Below are positions 1 to 8,200 of a stretch of 64,000 nt of DNA, piece after piece. Source of the DNA: a virus; IMG/VR virus record IMGVR_UViG_3300037420_001136, positions 1 to 64,000 of that record. One strand, written 5' to 3'. The position numbers were made by a program, and so were the translations under genes. The notes below the pieces were generated by a model. It was not told the origin of the DNA. It searched no databases and saw only the letters and a list, made by a program, of their open reading frames with translations. Within the stretch, counting starts at the first letter, position 1, and each line of letters opens with the position of its first letter.

Positions 1-144
1 ACGCTCTCGTCAGCCCAGAAGAATCAAGATCTAGCCATCTCAACCTGGACCACCGCTCTAGCTCAGGGAGATGTTCTGAGGGCTAGTGTGGACAGCGCTT
101 CCACCGTGAAGCGTCTGACGGTCACTATTCGCTATACGAGATAG
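1..144 (+). CDS. 3' end of a virion structural/accessory protein (partial)
   Basis: Frame 1 is open from the window edge to TAG at 142-144 (TLSSAQKNQDLAISTWTTALAQGDVLRASVDSASTVKRLTVTIRYTR); beta-rich and abuts the next ORF. Confidence 0.6.
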   Translation, partial: TLSSAQKNQDLAISTWTTALAQGDVLRASVDSASTVKRLTVTIRYTR

Positions 145-146
145 CT

Positions 147-881
147 ATGTCCTGGACTGACAATGGCTCAATAGGCTCGGCCCAGAACAAGACAGCCGCC
201 AACAACATTAGTCTGACGACTACGGCGGCTCTGAATGTCGGCGACGTAGTCGTGGTGCAGGTCGCCACTGACAACTCCTCCAGTACCGGCGGAGCTACCT
301 CTACTCACACGAGCGTTACCTGCGGTGGGAACACCTTCACCAAGGCCGCGGAGATAACAAACAGCGGCGGAGCTGCGGCCGGAGGCGTCACCTTATCTCT
401 CTGGCGATGCGTCATCACGACAGCAGTAGCTTCTGGAACTTCCCTTACGGCGAACTTCAGCTTCAGCCCAGCGGCGAAGTGCATGAGTGCGCGCAGCTTC
501 ACACCCGCCGCTGGATCAACGTTCACCTATGCGACTCCGCAGACCAACAACGCCACAGGAGCACCAGCCGCTCTGACCATATCAGGTCTCGACACGGCGA
601 AGGAAACTCTTCTGCAGCGAGCAGCGGGACTTGAGTCAACTTCAACTTCCATCAGCACACAGACCACAGGCTGGACTCTTGGCTTAGACGTGGGTACGTC
701 TGGAGGAAGCGCCGCCACCAACATCTCTACACGATCAGAGTTTCTCATCGGCTCGGGAGCTAGCTTCACCTCGCAGCCCGGAGGAACTTCGGGGGATGGT
801 TGCAGCATCATGATTGCGATTACAGAAACTCCTCCGACGGTAACTACCAAGCCGAGTGGGTACGCCTTCATCACTGATTAA
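147..881 (+). CDS. Putative virion accessory (fibre/decoration) protein, Thr/Ser/Gly/Ala-rich beta protein
   Basis: 244 aa, composition typical of virion appendages; lies just upstream of the neck genes. Confidence 0.55.
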   Translation: MSWTDNGSIGSAQNKTAANNISLTTTAALNVGDVVVVQVATDNSSSTGGATSTHTSVTCGGNTFTKAAEITNSGGAAAGGVTLSLWRCVITTAVASGTSLTANFSFSPAAKCMSARSFTPAAGSTFTYATPQTNNATGAPAALTISGLDTAKETLLQRAAGLESTSTSISTQTTGWTLGLDVGTSGGSAATNISTRSEFLIGSGASFTSQPGGTSGDGCSIMIAITETPPTVTTKPSGYAFITD

Positions 882-955
882 GAAGTTCAGCGCTTGCATT
901 CTGTAGGCTGGTCAAGAGATATTTCTCATGCTATGCTCGCCTAAAGGAGATTGAA

Positions 956-1486
956 ATGCCGATTTTCACAGTAGAGGACGGCACCGGTCTCGCACAAGCA
1001 ACTTCGTACGTCTCCGTCGTAGAGTCTGATGACTACTTCTCTTCTCACCCGTTCTATTCAGACAATTGGAGTGAGCTCGGTGAGTCGGACAAAGAAAATC
1101 TCCTCATGACGGCTTCCACGATGCTCGACAGCATCATGACGTGGAAGGGAACTATCTACAGCACCACGCAAGGTCTCGGTTGGCCTCGTTCTCTGGTGTT
1201 CGACTCCGAGTATCGACCCATCGCCAGCAACGTAGTTCCTCGCGGCGTCAAGATCGCGACGATGGAACTCGCGATGTATCTCTGGCGGAATGGAGATGTG
1301 TTCGAGGCACCTTCTTCCACGGGCGTAGACCGTCTCAAGATCGACGTTATTGAACTTCAGTTTAGCTCAACGCAAAACGGAGGGTCTAGGGGTAAAGCCC
1401 CCGTACCAGCCGCCGCCCTACTTGCCCTGCGCGGCCTCGGAGAGTACACGTTAGGCACTCGAGTACGCCGAGTCCAGGTAGGCTAG
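956..1486 (+). CDS. Head-tail adaptor (DnaT-like phage adaptor family)
   Basis: N-terminal VEDGTGL..ATSYVSV...D.YF, Q.L.WPR and VP..VK.AT.ELA motifs; AAGGAG RBS; first gene of the neck block. Confidence 0.75.
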   Translation: MPIFTVEDGTGLAQATSYVSVVESDDYFSSHPFYSDNWSELGESDKENLLMTASTMLDSIMTWKGTIYSTTQGLGWPRSLVFDSEYRPIASNVVPRGVKIATMELAMYLWRNGDVFEAPSSTGVDRLKIDVIELQFSSTQNGGSRGKAPVPAAALLALRGLGEYTLGTRVRRVQVG

Positions 1487-1861
1487 ATGGATGGGCTCCT
1501 GAACTTAGTCGCTGACGGCATCGAGACAGCATTCTCGCTGGCTTCTGAGATTGTGGTCACAGGGACTTACACGAAGAAGACTGGTAGCGGTGACTACGAT
1601 CCGGTTACGGATAAGCGAGCTACTACTACTCAGGTGTTCTCAAATGTACGGTTCATAGAGACTGGTACTAGTCTTCAGGAGCGCGAGGCTTCTCCCATAT
1701 CTATCACGGATGCGAAGTTTCTGGTACCCGCCAAGGATCTACCGATCGATCCAGCGGAGAATGACTTCTTCGAGTTGTCCACCGGCAGAAAATTCAATGT
1801 TCTTATGTCACGACCAATCCCGGGACAGAAGCTGCACGTCATCTTCGGGAGGCAGGCATGA
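1487..1861 (+). CDS. Head-closure (stopper) protein
   Basis: 124 aa with G.YDPVT motif, directly after the adaptor. Confidence 0.65.
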   Translation: MDGLLNLVADGIETAFSLASEIVVTGTYTKKTGSGDYDPVTDKRATTTQVFSNVRFIETGTSLQEREASPISITDAKFLVPAKDLPIDPAENDFFELSTGRKFNVLMSRPIPGQKLHVIFGRQA

Positions 1862-2385
1862 GCGCGCAAGCCATGATGCGTCCTCGCTTCAAGAGGCCAC
1901 GAGGATTTAATCGCATCGGCGAGCAGGCGATGAAGAATGTTCGCGAGGTTCTCTCAGCCAGACTGGCGATGGGTCTCACGGACATGCAGAAGTCTATTCT
2001 AGAGACTCCTGTCTACACTGGTCGTACTCTCGTCAACTTCCGCTGGAGCATTGGCTCGCCCATTAAGTCTACTCGCGGTGCTGTGACGGAGCCTGCGCTC
2101 CCGGGAAAGACCAGTGATCTTCCTCTCGGCTCAGAGCCTCGTCGTCGCGCCAACGCGGCGGTAGTTCAGGAGGAGTTTGAGATCGTTCTCGCGGCAGCGA
2201 AGGCGAATCCTTTTCAGAGCTTCTACCTCACGAACAACCGCCCCGAGTTCAGTGAGGTTGAGTACGGATCTTACGCCAGAGAAGGTCATCAGTCTCGTAC
2301 TCCTCCAGGCGGTATGACTCGCAGAGGTGAGACACTTCTAGAGTACTCCTTGATGGGATTTGTGAAGAGTGTCCAAAGAAACTGA
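1858..2385 (+). CDS. Tail completion/neck protein (HK97 gp10-like)
   Basis: TPVYTGR...N.RWSIGSP and NN.P....EYGS motifs; ATGA-coupled to the upstream gene. Confidence 0.7.
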   Translation: MSAQAMMRPRFKRPRGFNRIGEQAMKNVREVLSARLAMGLTDMQKSILETPVYTGRTLVNFRWSIGSPIKSTRGAVTEPALPGKTSDLPLGSEPRRRANAAVVQEEFEIVLAAAKANPFQSFYLTNNRPEFSEVEYGSYAREGHQSRTPPGGMTRRGETLLEYSLMGFVKSVQRN

Positions 2386-2815
2386 GAGAGCCGCGATCTC
2401 GGAACACTTCAAGAGTGTCGCCGAGCCTGAGTTCGGCGAGAACATCGCTTGGCCGAATCAAGCGTTCGAGACTCCGCAGGATACGATGTTCGCGGTGTTC
2501 AACATCGTGGACAGGGGGACAATTCGCCGTAGCCTCGGCCGCTCATTCACCAAGAGAAGTTTCGGCACGATGCAGGTGGACATCTACACACCGAAGAATG
2601 AGGGAACCAAGGAGTCCAGAACTCTGGCTGACATCTGGAGTCTCGTATATGAGATGCTGGAGCTGACGACTTCTGATGGTGAGCTAATTGTGTTCCAAAC
2701 ACCATCGAGTCGTGCTATGGCGACAAACGAAATTCGCGCCGCTAACCTTGACGATAACTGGGATCGGTACGTCTTCGAAGCTCCCTTCTATCGTGATCAA
2801 AACGTCGAAAAATAA
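2369..2815 (+). CDS. Tail terminator protein
   Basis: IAWPNQAF..P and G..QVDIYTPKNEG motifs; immediately before the tail tube gene. Confidence 0.7.
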   Translation: MSKETERAAISEHFKSVAEPEFGENIAWPNQAFETPQDTMFAVFNIVDRGTIRRSLGRSFTKRSFGTMQVDIYTPKNEGTKESRTLADIWSLVYEMLELTTSDGELIVFQTPSSRAMATNEIRAANLDDNWDRYVFEAPFYRDQNVEK

Positions 2816-2872
2816 CACTTGCATCTCTCCACGTCTGGAGCTATGCGTAGGCAAACTCAGGAGGCCTAACTG

Positions 2873-4378
2873 ATGGACAGTAATAGGACTGCACTTAGGG
2901 TCGCCAAGGAACCGTCCTTCGGTGTGGCTCCCACGAATCCCGTCTACAAGGAAATTCGCCGCACGTCGGATGCGGTGAGCTTCACGCCGACGAACGAGGT
3001 CACCAACGAGATCGACTCCACGCGACAGGTCAATGACCTGATCAATACGGGTCGTGACGCTGGCGGCGACATGGCGATGGAGCTTTCCATCGAGAACATG
3101 GACTCGTTTCTCGAGGGTCTGTTCTGCAACAACTGGCTCCGCACGCCCGAGGTCTCGAACGGTGCTCACTGGGAGTATGGTGCCTCAGCCACGCGCATCA
3201 CAGCTGTCTCGGCTACTGCCATTACCGTCGCGGCTACCTCGGTTCTCGCCGGCTCGCAGAATAATGCGACGGCGTCTGCTTTCGTCACGGGAATGCTGAT
3301 CCGCAACACTGGCTACGGCGTCCCGGCGAACAACGGTTTGTTCCCGATCACGGCAGGAACCGCGACGACCATCGCAGGAACGTTCACCATCGAGGCCTCT
3401 CCGCCCGCAACGGCGAAGACGAAGGTGGTCGGCTTCCAGGGTGCCTCGGGTGACATCGTCGCCACCATCACGGGTGGCCCTGCTCTCACCTCCACGTCCC
3501 TGAATTTCACCACGCTCGGTCTCATCGTCGGCCAGTGGGTGAAGATCTCGAACGAGGGTGGCGCCTTCTCCTTTGGCACTGCCGCGAACAACGGTTTCGC
3601 TCGCATCAGCGCCATTGCCGCGAATCGTCTGAGCTTCGACATCACGCAGGGTATCTTCGCTGCGGATACCGGCACCGGCAAGACCATTCGCGTCTACTTC
3701 GGTGACACAATCCGCAACGGTGTCACTCAGTTCACCTATCGTCTGGAGAAGGAGTACACGCTCGCTGCTGGTGTTCGTTACTCCTACGCCTCGGGGCAGC
3801 AGCCTTCCTCGCTCGCTATCTCGGCAGAGACGCGCGGCGTCGTGACGGCCACGCTAAGCTGGATGGGCTCCGATCTGTCCCCGCCCAGCGCGACCCGTGA
3901 CGCGGGCGCGGTGACCGAACCGATCAGCTCCAACTCGGTGCTGGACGGTTCCAACTCCGTGCCGATGATCATGGAGGCGGGTGCAGTCATCGGTGCGCCG
4001 AACTACGTGAGCGGCTTCGCCTTCACCCTGGACAACGGCCTTCGTGCCCGCAACGCCATCGGTTCTCCGGGAGCTATCGGTCTCGGTCTCGGCCGCGCGT
4101 CGATCACGGGAACTCTGACGACCTACTTTGGCGACGAGACGCTTCTCACAAAGCTCCGCAACGGCAGCGCCTCGGGGGCAACCATCGCCTTCCGCGACTC
4201 GGCGAATCTCTGTGCTGAGATTTGGGATCTTCCGCGCCTGAAGTACAACTCGGGCTTTCCGGAAGTCCCGGGAATCGACACCGATCTCACGACGCCGCTC
4301 GGCTTCCAAGCGCTGCGTGACATCGCGAACGGACGCGACTATACTCTTCTGCTCTCTCGGTTCGACTACTGCGTCTAA
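2873..4378 (+). CDS. Major tail tube protein with an internal accessory domain
   Basis: 501 aa; E..FGV.P, NEIDSTRQ, AGGD..ELS and ITGTLTTYF motifs; central T/A/G-rich insertion; AGGAGG RBS; followed by a hairpin. Confidence 0.8.
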   Translation: MDSNRTALRVAKEPSFGVAPTNPVYKEIRRTSDAVSFTPTNEVTNEIDSTRQVNDLINTGRDAGGDMAMELSIENMDSFLEGLFCNNWLRTPEVSNGAHWEYGASATRITAVSATAITVAATSVLAGSQNNATASAFVTGMLIRNTGYGVPANNGLFPITAGTATTIAGTFTIEASPPATAKTKVVGFQGASGDIVATITGGPALTSTSLNFTTLGLIVGQWVKISNEGGAFSFGTAANNGFARISAIAANRLSFDITQGIFAADTGTGKTIRVYFGDTIRNGVTQFTYRLEKEYTLAAGVRYSYASGQQPSSLAISAETRGVVTATLSWMGSDLSPPSATRDAGAVTEPISSNSVLDGSNSVPMIMEAGAVIGAPNYVSGFAFTLDNGLRARNAIGSPGAIGLGLGRASITGTLTTYFGDETLLTKLRNGSASGATIAFRDSANLCAEIWDLPRLKYNSGFPEVPGIDTDLTTPLGFQALRDIANGRDYTLLLSRFDYCV

Positions 4379-4400
4379 TCGTTGAGCGAAGCGCATAAGG

Positions 4401-4435
4401 TTAGGACTGGCCCTGCCCCTCGGGGCCAGTCCTAA
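4401..4435 (+). terminator. Hairpin after the tail tube gene (terminator/attenuator)
   Basis: TTAGGACTGGCCC(4401-4413) pairs perfectly with GGGCCAGTCCTAA(4423-4435); no clear U-tract. Confidence 0.55.
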
Positions 4436-4465
4436 GTAGACTAGTAGAGAAGAAAGGTAATACGC

Positions 4466-4900
4466 ATGGCTGGTTTTCGTAAGCGCTACAATACCGATCA
4501 GAGTCTCGAGGAAGAGGGCGTCTGGGTCGACTTCGGTGACGGGCTGAAGGTTCAAGTTCGACGTCTTACCTCCAAGGCTTCCCGTGAGTATCGTCGCAAG
4601 TTGGAGAAGCCCTACACGGCTCAGTTCCGCAATCGCGAGATGCCTGACTCCCTCCAGGAAGAGCTGCTGAACAAGCAGGTCGCCGGCATCATCATCGTGA
4701 ATTGGGAGGGTGTCGAAGATCCCGACGCGCCGGAGCCCAAGGCTGGTGAAGAGCCGAAGATGCTCCCATTCTCTCACGAGAATGCTCTGAAGATCATTAG
4801 CAACCCTGAGTTCCGCGACTTCCGCGACGACATTCTCACGGCTGCGATGGAGCGCACGACGTTTGAGAAAGAGCAGCGGGAGGCGGCAAGAAAAAACTAG
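4466..4900 (+). CDS. Tail assembly chaperone (gpG-like)
   Basis: EEEGVWVDF and IVNWEGV motifs; between tube and tape measure genes; ends in slippery A-AAA-AAC. Confidence 0.8.
   Translation: MAGFRKRYNTDQSLEEEGVWVDFGDGLKVQVRRLTSKASREYRRKLEKPYTAQFRNREMPDSLQEELLNKQVAGIIIVNWEGVEDPDAPEPKAGEEPKMLPFSHENALKIISNPEFRDFRDDILTAAMERTTFEKEQREAARKN
4891..4897 (+). other. Programmed -1 ribosomal frameshift site (A AAA AAC)
   Basis: X-XXY-YYZ heptamer just before TAG 4898-4900; the -1 frame is open (LEEALLWELKPKPDLEK) into the ORF at 4948. Confidence 0.8.
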
Positions 4901-5283
4901 AAGAGGCTCTCCTCTGGGAATTAAAACCCAAGCCTGATCTGGAGAAGATGGAGGAAGACATACTGGCGAGAGGTGAGGACCCCTCGCTCTTCCCAATATT
5001 GAACAGCAAGCCTGAGCTCTTTCGAGATTTGGTTTGGATTTGGGAAGGTTTCATGTGTCTTTCTCTATCTCGTCAGTACGGAATGGGCGCACCGCAGCCC
5101 ATCGCTATGAGCGACGTTCTCGCTTATTGCGAATTCTTTCACATCTACGATCCTGTCGACAGAGAGGACTTCCTGTACCACGTTCAGAGGATGGACGCGG
5201 TATTCATGAAGGACTTCAAGGAGAAGAATAAGAACTCGAGCAAGACTAAAGCTGGTCAACTTCCACCGAGGCTAGGCGGATGA
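4897..5283 (+). CDS. Tail assembly chaperone, frameshifted C-terminal part (gpT-like)
   Basis: PEL....WIWEGF..LS.SRQYGMG.PQPI..SD..AY motif typical of gpT segments; in the -1 frame of the slippery site. Confidence 0.75.
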   Translation, partial: LEEALLWELKPKPDLEKMEEDILARGEDPSLFPILNSKPELFRDLVWIWEGFMCLSLSRQYGMGAPQPIAMSDVLAYCEFFHIYDPVDREDFLYHVQRMDAVFMKDFKEKNKNSSKTKAGQLPPRLGG

Positions 5284-8200
5284 GCACTTACGAACTAGGT
5301 ATTGACGGCTCTGGTGCAGAGGCCGGTGCTCAACGAATTGTAAAGTCGTTCGACGCCATCAAGGCTGCTGCTGATCGCATGGAGGGTGGGGTCAGCGCTG
5401 CCGCGAAGAAGGCGAGCTCTTCCTTCGCTGACATGCAGCGCAACGCGCGTCCCGTGAGCGATGCTGCTATTCGCTCGCTCAAAGCTCTCAGCTCGGTGTT
5501 CGCGGGATTTCGGGCTCCGAGCGACGCGGCGGTACGCAACACCATCATCTTCCTTCAGGGACTTAAGTCCGTCGGTACCCTGAATCTAGGTAGGGTTACA
5601 GGTCTCGCCAGCCTTCTCGCTACAATCTCGGGCTACAGAGGTCCTAGCCCCACGGCGGGCAAGAATACTCTGGCAGTTCTGAACGCGTTGAGATTCGTCA
5701 GCACGTTCTCCATGCCCCGCGGCCTCGTACAGATGCTGGCGGCGCTCTCAACCTTCAAGGGTCCGAGTGCTGCGGCAGCTCGTAACGTCACAGCTCTACT
5801 GAACGCCCTGAACAGCTTCAAGGGTGGCTCTGGCCTTACAGCGTCTATTCGTGCATTGCGGGCTCTTACGGAAGCTGCAAATTCAGCTAGGACTTCGCTG
5901 AACTCTCTGAAGGGTGCTGCCCCAAAGACTATCAACATTAAGTCTAACACCAGTCAGGCCGAGAAGGGTATCGGCAACCTCATTAAGTCTAACAACCTAC
6001 TTCAGACAGCTCTCCTTCGTACGCAGACTGCGTGGAACGCGCTCGGGGGAATCCTGGCTGGTAAAGCTATCATCGGTGCTGCGAATGCACTGATTGAGAT
6101 CAACGCACAGCTTCAAGCAGCGACCGGCTCAGCTACGAAGGCCGGTTTTGCCTTCGCATTCATCAGAGAATTGTCCGAGAAGCTAGGACTTGATTTTAGA
6201 AAAGCTGCGGAATCTTTTGGTTTCTTTCTGGGCTCGGTGAAGGGTACTAATCTAACTCTGGATGAGTCTAGACAGATCTTTGAAGGTTTCAGCACCGCTG
6301 CTCGTGCTCTTCAGCTCAGCACAGCAGATGTTGATGGCGTCTTCCGCGCTCTCGGGCAGATGATGTCCAAGGGTAAAATCCAGGCTGAAGAACTTCGTGG
6401 TCAGCTGGGTGATCGTCTTCCAGGCGCCTTCGTTCGTTTCGCAGTTGCCCTGAAGATGACGAAGCCCGGAGAACTGGATCAAGCTCTTAAGAAGGGTGCC
6501 GTCAGCGGCGAGAAGATGAAGCAGGCGATCATTGACGTCGCCAATGCTCTCCAGGTCGAGTTTGCCGGCTCTGCTGACAAGATGTCGAAGACGGTTGACG
6601 CTGCCTTCAATCGTCTTAAGAATGCGTTCACCTTCGCCTCAGGAGATCTCGGCCACAGCGGACTTAATCAAGCTCTCATCAGTGTGATGGATGCGGCCAC
6701 CAAACTTCTCCAATCAAACACACTGAACACTCTCCTCATGGTTTTGGGGAAGGCTTTCAAGTTTCTCGGAGATCACATAGAGGCTGTCGCCACCATCATT
6801 GGAACTTTGGCACTCAGCAGTACTTTGAAGTGGGCCGCTAGTCTGGTGGGGTTGGCTGCGACTTCTACTGCTGCGACCGCTGCCGTCACTGAAACTGCTG
6901 CTGCGACTGCGGCGGCTGGAGGCGTAGCGGCCGAAGCTGCCGTAGCCACGACGGCTCTTGGAGCAGCGTGGGCCAGACTTAATCTCTTCATGAAGGCGAA
7001 TTTATTTGTTCTCATTGCCAGTGCTATTGTTGGTCTTGTTCTCTGGCTGGGAAAATCCTCTGATGCGATGAATGAGAATGCTAAGGCACTAGACGCAGTT
7101 AATGCGAAAATGCCAGATGCGGTGAACTGGTCCGACACGTATGCAGCTCGTCTCTTGAATATTTCTGACAGTGCCAATCAGGTTACTGCAAGTCTACAAG
7201 AGATGATCCAGAAGATGAACGAGTCGGCACTTCGTGCCAGCCAAGAAGATCTTAAAGGACTAGACACGTATAAGCGTATAGCTGAGATTGGTGGCTACGC
7301 CATCCAAGTACGTGATAAGAGCGGTAAGTTTGTAAAAGGACCTGAGGGTTACTTTACAAAAGAGGATCAGGATCTTCTCAATCGAGTGGTGTATCACAGT
7401 CCTACCGGAGGCGTAGCTCTGCGAGGGAACATCCCGCAGACGAGGCAGGAGTTTGAACAACTCGGTGCTGCAATGTCTATGGTGGATACTCGCGCTACAG
7501 GACCTGGAGGGGGTAATTTTGCCCCTATTCAGTCTGCGCTCCACGCTAGATTTAATGCTCTTCTCTCCATGAGTCGCCAGAAGGGTTACAAGGGACTTCC
7601 ATATTCCGATTGGGCTGAACAAATTCTCCCTGAATATAACAAGCCCACCGGAGGAATCTCTGGTGGTGCTCCCGCTCAGACAAAAAAGAAGCATGGTAAG
7701 TCAGAAGCAGAAAAAGCTCAGGATGATATAAACAACGCGATCGATCAAGCTATGAATGGCATGACCGATCTTGAAGGTCGCGCTAAGTCAACTAGCGAAA
7801 GCATCGACAAGCTTCTGAGCGGCTCCTTCGATAAGGTGGGCGCGGCGGCGCACATTGCCGCTGTCGACCAGGAGAAGAGCTTCGAGGACGCTATAAAGGG
7901 TCCTGAGAACAAAATCAAGGGCGTGTTGCAGCTAGCCAAACAGCTAGGCGTCGAGGTTTCCGGGGACACGGAAGCTGATCGCTACAACAGCGCCAAGGAA
8001 GCCATCATCGGCTACATGGAAGCTCGCCAGAAGGCAGCGGCCGAGGCTAAGGCAGACGAGAAGGTCGCCACCGATATTCTGGCTCAGAAACAGGACAACC
8101 AGATTCAGTCTGACGCCATCAATCTTCTTCAGCAGCGTGGAAAATCGCAGGCTGAAGTTAATCGATACATCGAGATTGAGACGGCACTCGTCGGCGTCAG

